A stretch of 64,000 bases of DNA from Amphiscolops sp. MND2022 (taxonomy: Eukaryota): contig OZ076411.1 of NCBI GenBank assembly GCA_964187785.1, positions 17,856,001-17,920,000 of the forward strand, given 5' to 3'. The notes under the pieces were generated by a model. It did not search any database, had not been told where the DNA came from, and worked only from the letters and a program-made list of their open reading frames with translations. The translations under genes were made by a program, and so were the position numbers. This document shows positions 1 to 11,300 of this stretch, one piece after another. Every line of letters begins with the position of its first letter. Position 1 is the first letter of the stretch.

Positions 1-1290
1 GTACAAACACTGATAGCTTTTCTTGACCCAATCTACAAACAAGACGACCTAGCTTCTGCATACGAAAAATGGTTATCTTATGAGCGATTCACACGTAAAG
101 AACAAATGTCCATGGAAGAGTATGTTAGCGAGTATCAAAAACTCTACAATAGGATTGCAAAGTTGGGTATTGCTCTGCCATCCACAGTTCAAGGCTTCAA
201 ATTGTTGGATTCGAGTGGTCTCGACGACAGAGACCGTAAATTAGTACTTACAGGGGTAGATTACTCCAAACCCGACACACTTTTCACACAAATGTCTAAA
301 TCGTTAAAGAAGTACTTTGGTAAGGAAGACTTTGGATTTAAACCCTCGATTTCTATCAAAACAGAACCCTCGAGCTCAGAAAATGATGTCCTGTACACTG
401 GATCACGTGGATTCCGAGGTAGAGGTCGTGGATTCCGTGGGAGATCAAATAACCGGAACAGAGGACACTTCACATTTCGCGGACGAGGAAAATACCAGCA
501 AAATGCCAAAAATAAGCTTGACCAGAATGGTGAGCCCATAAGATGTTTCATCTGTGGATCTTGGAATCACCTATCAAACAACTGCCCCGACCAGGAGCAC
601 ACGGAGACGTTTGAAGTAGCAGAAAATGAGAATTCAGAAGACGAAGAATGTGGTGTGGTTCTTTTCACACAGGAAAATGGTTTTTTTGAAGTCTTTACTA
701 CTGACTCGATTAATTGTGCTGTTTTGGACTCAGCATGCTCATCGACAGTTTGTGGAAAACGTTGGCTAAGTGAATTTATGAAGAATCTGAGTGAACTGGA
801 GAAGTCGAAGGTAAAAAGATCAATTGGAGTAAGAAGATTCAAATTTGGAAGTGGGTGTGTGCTAAAATCCATTGCAAATGTAACTTTACCTTGTAAAATT
901 GGAGATATTAACTGTAAAATTCGGACAGATGTTGTAGAATCAAACATACCATTGTTGTTGGGCAAACCGTCCATGAAGAAAGCTGGAGTTTCCATTGATT
1001 TCAGAACAGACTCAGTTACAGCGTTTGATCAATCGCTACAGCTTCTGAAAAGTAAATCTGGACACTACGTCATCCCTATTTACCCAACTCAGGATGTAGA
1101 AGCATTCACGGTCTCCGAAATGAAACAAAACGCTGATAACAAGTACGTCAAATTGCATACTCAATTTGGTCACCCTTCTCCAAAGCGTTTATTTGACATC
1201 TTGCGAAACAGCGGTGATAATACGAAGAATTTGATGAAAATCCTCGAAAACGTGACTAATTTGTGTAAAGCCTGTATATCGCACAAACGA
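1..1290 (+). mobile_element. Ty1/copia-type LTR retrotransposon fragment: gag C-terminus, CCHC zinc knuckle, aspartic protease and integrase Zn-binding (HHCC) domain; runs off the window at the 5' end and is truncated by the array at the 3' end
   Basis: Frame 1 is open from base 1 (VQTLIAFLDPIYKQDD...) through ORF 106-1314. It has an RG-rich tract, CFICGSWNHLSNNC (544-585), protease VLDSACSSTVCG (Asp codon 727-729) and H-x4-H...C-x2-C (LHTQFGH 1153-1173; CKAC 1263-1274). Integrase directly after protease is the Ty1/copia domain order. The last 7 residues of the ORF (FARFLSA) come from the array. Confidence 0.9.
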
Positions 1291-1622
1291 TTTGCTCGGT
1301 TTTTATCTGCTTAGGTTACCAGGATTAGATTTCTTAGGTTTATATTTCTTAGGCTTGTTTCTCAAACTCAAGTTTCTCTGGATTGTCTTTCTTACGATTA
1401 GGTTTCTTAGGATTAGGTTTTCTAACCTTAGTTGTCTTAGGTTCAGGTTTTTAGGCTTAGGTTTTTTAGGCGTAGGTGTCTTAGGCTGAAGTTTTCTTAA
1501 TTAGGTCATTGGTTTAGGTTTCATAGGCCAACTATAACATATTAAATTTTGTTTTTAATATAACAGGATCAGCAGCTCTTCATCTTCGACCCCAACTACA
1601 GCAGGAGAAAGAAATAAACATT

Positions 1623-1693
1623 TTCAAGATAATCTTCAAGAATGTGAACAGTTAATCATCTCTAGTTCAAGATTGTTCAAGAATAATTCAAGA
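1623..1693 (+). repeat. Cluster of five TTCAAGA heptamers in each unit; representative copy shown
   Basis: TTCAAGA at 1623, 1635, 1666, 1676 and 1687, and at the equivalent positions in the other units. Confidence 0.8.
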
Positions 1694-2297
1694 TTCAGCT
1701 TTCAACCTTTCTCACAAGAGTGTGTCAAAAGAAGGATTCCACAAGAGTGAGCCAGAAAGTACGAAATCAAGATTCAGCAGCCACCTTTTTTGAAACATTT
1801 TCTGGTCCACGTTTTCTCATTAGATGAAAACATTGCATGTGTTATTAATATACACAACTACTTTCTCATCAAGAAAAGCTTTAAAACGACCATTTAATGT
1901 GATTGCACCTCGAAACCTGACGAACCATAATCCTTGATAATTATAATGAGCATGTATCCATTGGAACAGACTTCAGAAGGTTTTCATTTTCAAACATCTA
2001 AAATCAAGCTTGACAAAAAAGGCCAAGTATGTGATCATTGGCGACAGCCATTTGAAGCGTGTAAATCACAGTCAAATACAAGGCAACGCAAAAGTTATTG
2101 CCCGCGGAGGGTTGCAAGCTCATCGTATAACTGAGCAATATTTATCCGAATTCAAAGAATATGATGTCTGCTTCCTCATCGTCGGTGGGAACGACGTGAG
2201 CTTTCATCCGACTTATAACCCTCTCCATAAAACAGCCAGACAAACAGCTGATCGATTAATCAGTTGTCAATTTTTATTGAAATTCGTTTCCGAGCCT

Positions 2298-2556
2298 GTT
2301 TCTTAGGTTAGGTTTCTTTTGCTTGGTTTTTATCTGCTTAGGTTACCAGGATTAAATATCTTAGGTTTATATTTCTTAGGCTTATATTTCTCAAGCTCAA
2401 GTTTCTCTGGATTATCTTTCTTACGATTAGGTTTCTTAGGATTAGGTTTTCTAACCTTAGTTGTCTCAGGCTCAGGTTTTTAGGCTTAGGTTTTTTAGGC
2501 TTAGGTTTCTTAGGCTTGAGTTTTCTTAATTAGGTCATTGGTTTAGGTTTCATAGG
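2298..2556 (+). repeat. Degenerate 15-bp minisatellite (consensus TTAGGCTTAGGTTTC, ~16 copies) at the start of every unit; representative copy shown
   Basis: The tract parses as ttaggtttatatttc / ttaggcttatgtttc / tcaagctcaagtttc / tctggattatctttc / ttacgattaggtttc / ttaggattaggtttt etc. Length variants among units are mostly in-register ~15-bp deletions (near 4555, 8520, 41375, 42385, 43525, 48640, 49645, 51670). Confidence 0.85.
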
Positions 2557-5091
2557 CCAACTATAACATATTAAATTTTGTTTTTAATATTACAGGATCA
2601 GCAGCTCTTCATCTTCGACCCCAACTACAGCAGGAGAAAGAAATAAACATTTTCAAGATAATCTTCAAGAATGTGAACAGTTAATCATCTCTAGTTCAAG
2701 ATTGTTCAAGAATAATTCAAGATTCAGCTTTCAACCTTTTTCACAAGAGTGTGTCAAAAGAAGGATTCCACAAGATAAGAGCCAGAAAGTACGAAATCAA
2801 GAGTCAGCAGCCACTTTTTTTGAAACATATTCTGATCCACGTTTTCTCATTAGATGAAAACATTGCATGTGTTATTAATATACACAACTACTTTCTCATC
2901 AAGAAAAGCTTTAAAACGACCATTTAAAGTGATTGCTCCTCGAAACCTGACGAACCATAATCCTTGATAATTATAACGAGCATGTATCCATTGGAACAGA
3001 CGTCAGAAGGTTTTCATTTTCAAACATCTAAAATCAAGCTTAACAAAAAAGGCCAAGTATGTGATCATTGGCGACAGCCATTTGAAGCGTGTAAATCACA
3101 GTCAAATACAAGGCAACGCAAAAGTTATTGCCCGCGGAGGGTTGCAAGCTCATCGTATAACTGAGCAATATTTATCCGAATTCAAAGAATATGATGTCTG
3201 CTTCCTCATCGTCGGTGGGAACGACGTGAGCTTTCATCCGACTTATAACCCTCTCCATAAAACAGCCAGACAAACAGCTGATCGATTAATCAGTTGTCAA
3301 TTTTTATTGAAATTCGTTTCCGAGCCTGTTTCTTAGGTTAGGTTTCTTTTGCTTGGTTTTTATCTGCTTAGGTTACCAGGATTAAATATCTTAGGTTTAT
3401 ATTTCTTAGGCTTATATTTCTCAAGCTCAAGTTTCTCTGGATTATCTTTCTTACGATTAGGTTTCTTAGGATTAGGTTTTCTAACCTTAGTTGTCTCAGG
3501 CTCAGGTTTTTAGGCTTAGGTTTTTTATGCTTAGGTTTCTTAGGCTTGAGTTTTCTTAATTAGGTCATTGGTTTAGGTTTCATAGGCCAACTATAACATA
3601 TTAAATTTTGTTTTTAATATTACAGGATCAGCAGCTCTTCATCTTCGACCCCAACTACAGCAGGAGAAAGAAATAAACATTTTCAAGATAATCTTCAAGA
3701 ATGTGAACAGTTAATCATCTCTAGTTCAAGATTGTTCAAGAATAATTCAAGATTCAGCTTTCAACCTTTTTCACAAGAGTGTGTCAAAAGAAGGATTCCA
3801 CAAGATAAGAGCCAGAAAGTACGAAATCAAGAGTCAGCAGCCACTTTTTTTGAAACATATTCTGATCCACGTTTTCTCATTAGATGAAAACATTGCATGT
3901 GTTATTAATATACACAACTACTTTCTCATCAAGAAAAGCTTTAAAACGACCATTTAAAGTGATTGCTCCTCGAAACCTGACGAACCATAATCCTTGATAA
4001 TTATAACGAGCATGTATCCATTGGAACAGACGTCAGAAGGTTTTCATTTTCAAACATCTAAAATCAAGCTTAACAAAAAAGGCCAAGTATGTGATCATTG
4101 GCGACAGCCATTTGAAGCGTGTAAATCACAGTCAAATACAAGGCAACGCAAAAGTTATTGCCCGCGGAGGGTTGCAAGCTCATCGTATAACTGAGCAATA
4201 TTTATCCGAATTCAAAGAATATGATGTCTGCTTCCTCATCGTCGGTGGGAACGACGTGAGCTTTCATCCGACTTATAACCCTCTCCATAAAACAGCCAGA
4301 CAAACAGCTGATCGATTAATCAGTTGTCAATTTTTATTGAAATTCGTTTTCGAGCCTGTTTCTTAGGTTAGGTTTCTTTTGCTTGGTTTTTATCTGCTTA
4401 GGTTACCAGGATTAAATTTCTTAGGTTTATATTTCTTAGGCTTATGTTTCTCGAACTCAAGTTTCTCTGGATTATCTTTCTTACGATTAGGTTTCTTAGG
4501 ATTAGGTTTTCTAACCTTAGTTGTCTCAGGCTCAGGTTTTTAGGCTTAGGTTTCTTAGGCTTAAGTTTTCTTTATTAGGTCATTGGTTCGGGTTTCATAG
4601 GCCAACTATAACATATTAAATTTTGTTTTTAATATTACAGGATCAGCAGCTCTTCATCTTCGACCCCAACTACAGCAGGAGAAAGAAATAAACATTTTCA
4701 AGATAATCTTCAAGAATGTGAACAGTTAATCATCTCTAGTTCAAGATTGTTCAAGAATAATTCAAGATTCAGCTTTCAGCCTTTCTCACAAGAGTGTGTC
4801 AAAAGAAGGATTCCACAAGAGTGAGCCAGAAAGAACGAAATCAAGATTCAACAGCCACCTTTTTTGAAACATTTTCTGATCCACGTTTTCTCATTAGATG
4901 AAAACATTGCATGTGTTATTAATATACACAACTACTTTCTCATCAAGAAAAGCTTGAAATGACCATTTAAAGTGATTGCACCTCGAAACCTGACGAACCA
5001 TAATCCTTGATAATTATAATGAGCATGTATCCATTGGAACAGACTTCAAAAGTTTTCATTTTCAAACATCTAAAATCAAGCTTAACAAAAA

Positions 5092-5379
5092 ATGGCCAAG
5101 TATGTGATCATTGGCGACAGCCATTTGAAGCGTGTAAATCACAGTCAAATACAAGGCAACGCAAAAATTATTGCCCGTGGAGGGCTGCAAGCTCATCGTA
5201 TAACTGAGCAATATTTATCCGGATTCAAAGAATATGATGTCGGCTTCCTCATCGTCGGTGGGAACGACGTGAGCTTTCATCCGACTTATAACTCTCTCCA
5301 TAAAACAGCCAGACAAACAGCCGATCGATTAATCAGTTGTCAATTTTTATTGAAATTCGTTTCCGAGCCCGTTTCTTAG
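5092..5379 (+). pseudogene. 3'-truncated SGNH/GDSL hydrolase-like ORF (95 aa); representative of the 50 internal copies
   Basis: MAKYVIIGDSH (block I GDS), ARGG (block II Gly) and FLIVGGNDV (block III GxND). The frame stops at the TAG of the first TTAGG of the next unit, so block V (D-x-x-H) is absent. Some copies have stops or frameshifts (units at 13301, 18435, 21519, 23573, 31795, 36917, 44070, 49181) or lack the ATG (units 1-3 and 5). Confidence 0.8.
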
Positions 5380-8300
5380 GTTAGGTTTCTTTTGCTTGGC
5401 TTTTATCTGCTTAGGTTACCGGGATTACATTTCTTAGGTTTATATTTCTTAGGCTTATGTTTCTCAAGCTCAAGTTTCTCTGGATTATCTTTCTTACGAT
5501 TAGGTTTCTTAGGATTAGGTTTTCTAACCTTTGTTGTCTCAGGCTCAGGTTTTTAGGCTTAGGTTTTTTAGGCTTAGGTGTCTTAGGCTTAAGTTTTCTT
5601 ATTTAGGTCATTGGTTTAGGTTTCATAGGCCAACTATAACATATTAAATTTTGTTTTTAATATTACAGGATCAGCAGCTCTTCATCTTCGACCCCAACTA
5701 CAGCAGGAGAAAGAAATAAACATTTTCAAGATAATCTTCAAGAATGTGAACAGTTAATCATCTCTAGTTCAAGATTGTTCAAGAATAATTCAAGATTCAG
5801 CTTTCAACCTTTCTCACAAGAGTGTGTCAAAAGGAGGATTCCACAAGAGTGAGCCAGAAAGTACGAAATCAAGATTCAGCAGCCACCTTTTTTGAAACAT
5901 TTTCTGATCCACGTTTTCTCATTAGATGAAAACATTGCATGTGTTATTAATATACACAACTACTTTCTCATCAAGAAAAGCTTTAAAATGACCATTTAAA
6001 GTGATTGCACCTCAAAATCTGACGAACCATAATCCTTGATAATTATAATGAGTATGTATCCATTGGAACAGACTTCGAAGGTTTTCATTTTCAAACATCT
6101 AAAATCAAGCTTAACAAAAATTGCCAAGTATGTGATCATTGGCGACAGCCATTTGAAGCGTGTAAATCACAGTCGAATACAAGGCAACGCAAAAGTTATT
6201 GCCCGTGGAGGGTTGCAAGCTCATCGTATAACTGAGCAATATTTATCCGAATTCAAAGAATATGATGTCTGCTTCCACATCGTCGGTGGGAACGACGTGA
6301 GCTTTCATCCGACTTATAACCCTCTCCATAAAACGGCCAGACAAACAGCCGATCGATTAATCAGTTGTCAATTTTTATTGAAATTCCTTTTCGAGCCCGT
6401 TTCTTACGTTAGGTTTCTTTTGCTTGGTTTTTATCTGCTTAGGTTACCAGGATTAAATTTCTTAGGTTTATATTTCTTAGGCTTATGTTTCTGAAGCTCA
6501 AGTTTCTCTGGATTATCTTTCTTACGATTAGGTTTCTTAGGATTAGGTTTTCTAACTTTAGTTGTCTCAGGCTCAGGTTTTTAGGCTTAGGTTTTTTAGG
6601 CTTAGGTGTCTTAGGCTTAAGTTTTCTTAATCAGGTCATTGGTTTAGGTTTCATAGGCCAACTATAACATATTAAATTTTGTTTTTAATATTACAGGATC
6701 AGCAGCTCTTCATCTTCGACCCCAACTACAGCAGGAGAAAGAAATAAATATTTTCAAGATAATCTTCAAGAATGTGAACAGTTAATCATCTCTAGTTCAA
6801 GATTGTTCAAGAATAATTCAAGATTCAGCTTTCAACCTTTCTCACAAGAGTGTGTCAAAAGAAGGATTCCACAAGAGTGAGCCAGAAAGTAGGAAATCAA
6901 GATTCAGCAGCCACCTTTTTTGAAACATTTTCTGATCCACGTACTCTCATTAGATGAAAAGATTGCATGTGTTATTAATATACACAACTACTTTCTCATC
7001 AAGAAAAGCTTAAAATGACCATTTAAAGTGATTGCACCTCGAAAACTGACGAACCATAATCCTTGATAATTATAATGAGCATGTATCCATTGGAACAGAC
7101 TTCAAAAGTTTTCATTTTCAAACATCTAAAATCAAGCTTAACAAAAAATGGCCAAGTATGTGATCATTGGCGACAGCCATTTGAAGCGTGTAAATCACAG
7201 TCAAATACAAGGCAACGCAAAAATTATTGCCCGTGGAGGGTTGCAAGCTCATCGTATAACTGAGCAATATTTATCCGAATTCGGAGAATATGATGTCTGC
7301 TTCCTCATCGTCGGTGGGAACGACGTGAGCTTTCATCCGACTTATAACCCTCTCCATAAAACGGCCAGACAAACAGCCGATCGATTAATCAGTTGTCAAT
7401 TTTTATTGCAATTCGTTTCCGAGCCCGTTTTTTAGGTTAGGTATCTTTTGCTTGGTTTTTATCTGCTTAGGTTACCGGGATTAAATTTCTTAGGTTTATA
7501 TTTCTTAGGCTTATGTTTCTCAAGCTCAAGTTTCTCTGGATTATCTTTCTTGCGATTAGGTTTCTTAGGATTAGGTTTTCTAACATTTGTTGTCTCAGGC
7601 TCAGGTTTTTAGGCTTAGGTTTTTTAGGCTTAGGTGTCTTAGGCTTAAGTTTTCTTAATTAGGTCATTGGTTTAGGTTTCATAGGCCAACTATAACATAT
7701 TAAATTTTGTTTTTAATATTACAGGATCAGCAGCTCTTCATCTTCGACCCCAACTACAGCAGGAGAAAGAAATAAACATTTTCAAGATAATCTTCAAGAA
7801 TGTGAACAGTTAATCATCTCTAGTTCAAGATTGTTCAAGAATAATTCAAGATTCAGCTTTCAACCTTTCTCACAAGAGTGTGTCAAAAGAAGGATTTCAC
7901 AGGAGTGAGCCAGAAAGTACGAAATCAAGATTCAACAGCCACCTTTTTTGAAACATTTTCTGGTCCACGTTTTCTCATTAGATGAAAACATTGCATGTGT
8001 TATTAATATACACAACTACTTTCTCATCAAGAAAAGCCTAAAATGACCATTTAGTGTGATTGCACCTCGAAACCTGACGAACCATAATCCTTGATAATTA
8101 TAATGAGCATGTATCCATTGGAACAGACTTCGAAAGTTTTCATTTTCAAACATCTAAATTCAAGCTTAACAAAAAATGGCCAAGTATGTGATCATTGGCG
8201 ACAGCCATTTGAAGCGTGTAAATCACAGTCAAATACAAGGCAACGCAAAAATTATTGCCCGTGAAGGGTTGCAAGCTCATCGTATAACTGAGCAATATTT

Positions 8301-11300
8301 ATCCGAATTCAAAGAATATGATGTCTGCTTCCTCATCGTCGGTGGGAACGACGTGAGCTTTCATCCGACTTATAACCCTCTCCATAAAACGGCCAGACAA
8401 ACAGCCGATCGATTAATCAGTTGTCAATTTTTATTGAAATTCGTTTCCGAGCCCGTTTCTTAGTTAAGGTTTCTTTTGCTTGGTTTTTATCTGCTTAGGT
8501 TACCAGGATTAAATTTCTTAGGCTTATGTTTCTCAAGCTCAAGTTTCTCTGGATTATCTTTCTTACGATTAGGTTTCTTAGGATTAGGTTTTCTAACCTT
8601 AGTTGTCTCAGGCTCAGGTTTTTAGGCTTAGGTTTTTTAGGCTTAGGTGTCTTAGGCTTAAGTTTTCTTAATCAGGTCATTGGTTTAGGTTTCATAGGCC
8701 AACTATAACATATTAAATTTTGTTTTTAATATTACAGGATCAGCAGCTCTTCATCTTCGACCCCAACTACAGCAGGAGAAAGAAATAAACATTTTCAAGA
8801 TAATCTTCAAGAATGTGAACAGTTAATCATCTCTAGTTCAAGATTGTTCAAGAATAATTCAAGATTCAGCTTTCAACCTTTCTCACAAGAGTGTGTCAAA
8901 AGAAGGATTCCACAGGAGTGAGCCAGAAAGTACGAAATCAAGATTCAGCAGCCACCTTTTTTGAAACATTTTCTGGTCCACGTTTTCTCATTAGATGAAA
9001 ACATTGCATGTGTTATTAATATACACAACTACTTTCTCATCAAGAAAAGCTTAAAATGACCATATAAAGTGATTGCACCTCGAAACCTGACGAACCATAA
9101 TCCTTGATAATTATAATGAGCATGTATCCATTGGAACAGACTTCAAAAGTTTTCATTTTCAAACATCTAAAATCAAGCTTAACAAAAAATGGCCAAGTAT
9201 GTGATCATTGGCGACAGCCATTTGAAGCGTGTAAATCACAGTCAAATACAAGGCAACGCAAAAATTATTGCCCGTGGAGGGTTGCAAGCTCATCGTATAA
9301 GTGAGCCATATTTATCCGAATTCGAAGAATATGATGTCTGCTTCCTCATCGTCGGTGGGAACGACGTGAGCTTTCATCCGACTTATAACCCTCTCCATAA
9401 AACGGCCAGACAAACAGCCGATCGATTAATCAGTTGTCAATTTTTATTGAAATTCGTTTCCGAGCCCGTTTCTTAGGTTAGGTTTCTTTTGCTTGGTTTT
9501 TATCTGCTTAGGTTACCGGGATTAAATTTCTTAGGTTTATATTTCTTAGGCTTATGTTTCTCAAGCTCAAGTTTCTCTGGATTATCTTTCTTACGATTAG
9601 GTTTCTTAGGATTAGGTTTTCTAACCTTAGTTGTCTCAGGCTCAGGTTTTTAGGCTTAGGTTTTTTAGGCTTAGGTGTCTTAGGCTTAAGTTTTCTTAAT
9701 CAGGTCATTGGTTTAGGTTTCATAGGCCAACTATAACATATTAAATTTTGTTTTTAATATTACAGGATCAGCAGCTCTTCATCTTCGACCCCAACTACAG
9801 CAGGAGAAAGAAATAAACATTTTCAAGATAATCTTCAAGAATGTGAACAGTTAATCATCTCTAGTTCAAGATTGTTCAAGAATAATTCAAGATTCAGCTT
9901 TCAACCTTTCTCACAAGAGTGTGTCAAAAGAAGGATTCCACAGGAGTGAGCCAGAAAGTACGAAATCAAGATTCAGCAGCCACCTTTTTTGAAACATTTT
10001 CTGGTCCACGTTTTCTCATTAGATGAAAACATTGCATGTGTTATTAATATACACAACTACTTTCTCATCAAGAAAAGCTTAAAATGACCATATAAAGTGA
10101 TTGCACCTCGAAACCTGACGAACCATAATCCTTGATAATTATAATGAGCATGTATCCATTGGAACAGACTTCAAAAGTTTTCATTTTCAAACATCTAAAA
10201 TCAAGCTTAACAAAAAATGGCCAAGTATGTGATCATTGGCGACAGCCATTTGAAGCGTGTAAATCACAGTCAAATACAAGGCAACGCAAAAATTATTGCC
10301 CGTGGAGGGTTGCAAGCTCATCGTATAAGTGAGCCATATTTATCCGAATTCGAAGAATATGATGTCTGCTTCCTCATCGTCGGTGGGAACGACGTGAGCT
10401 TTCATCCGAATTATAACCCTCTCCATAAAACGGCCAGACAAACAGCCGATCGATTAATCAGTTGTCAATTTTTATTGAAATTCGTTTCCGAGCCCGTTTC
10501 TTAGGTTAGGTTTCTTTTGCTTGGTTTTTATCTGCTTAGGTTACCGGGATTAAATTTCTTAGGTTTATATTTCTTAGGCTTATGTTTCTCAAGCTCAAGT
10601 TTCTCTGGATTATCTTTCTTACGATTAGGTTTCTTAGGATTAGGTTTTCTAACATTTGTTGTCTCAGGCTCAGGTTTTTAGGCTTAAATTTTTTAGGCTT
10701 AGGTGTCTTAGGCTTAAGTTTTCTTAATTAGGTCATTGGTTTAGGTTTCATAGGCCAACTATAACATATTAAATTTTGTTTTTAATATTACAGGATCAGC
10801 AGCTCTTCATCTTCGACCCCAACAACAGCAGGAGAAAGAAATGAACATTTTCAAGATAATCTTCAAGAATGTGAACAGTTAATCATCTCTAGTTCAAGAT
10901 TGTTCAAGAATAATTCAAGATTCAGCTTTCAACCTTTCTCACAAGAGTGTGTCAAAAGAAGGATTCCACAGGAGTGAGCCAGAAAGTACGAAATCAAGAC
11001 TCAGCAGCCACCTTTTTTGAAACATTTTCTGGTCCACGTTTTCTCATTAGATGAAAACATTGCATGTGTTATTAATATACACAACTACTTTCTCATCAAG
11101 AAAAGCTCAAAATGACCATATAAAGTGATTGCACCTCGAAACCTGACGAACCATAATCCTTGATAATTATAATGAGCATGTATCCATTGGAACAGACTTC
11201 AAAAGTTTTCATTTTCAAACATCTAAAATCAAGCTTAAGAAAAAATGGCCAATTATGTGATCATTGGCGACAGCCATTTGAAGCGTGTAAATCACAGTCA

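Noticed and set aside
261-995. Minus-strand ORFs 261-551 and 567-995 and the alternate-frame ORF 317-541
   Set aside because: Shadows of the copia gag-protease frame.
1538-1860. AT-rich inverted repeats in the spacer (ATATTAAA/TTTAATAT; GTTTT..CAT/ATGAAAAC; TGTGTTATTAATATACACA)
   Set aside because: Short, bulged or AT-only stems are expected by chance in AT-rich DNA.
2244-2267. Hairpin ACAGCTGAT-cgatta-ATCAGTTGT about 30 nt before the unit junction, as a cryptic rolling-circle terminator
   Set aside because: It is strong only in units 1-3 (others have CAGCCGAT), lies too far from the junction for a canonical Helitron end, and no CTRR follows.
2298-2556. True telomere or interstitial telomeric array
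   Set aside because: The TTAGG words are embedded in a degenerate 15-bp register, never exceed two perfect copies in a row, and are followed by non-telomeric DNA in every unit.
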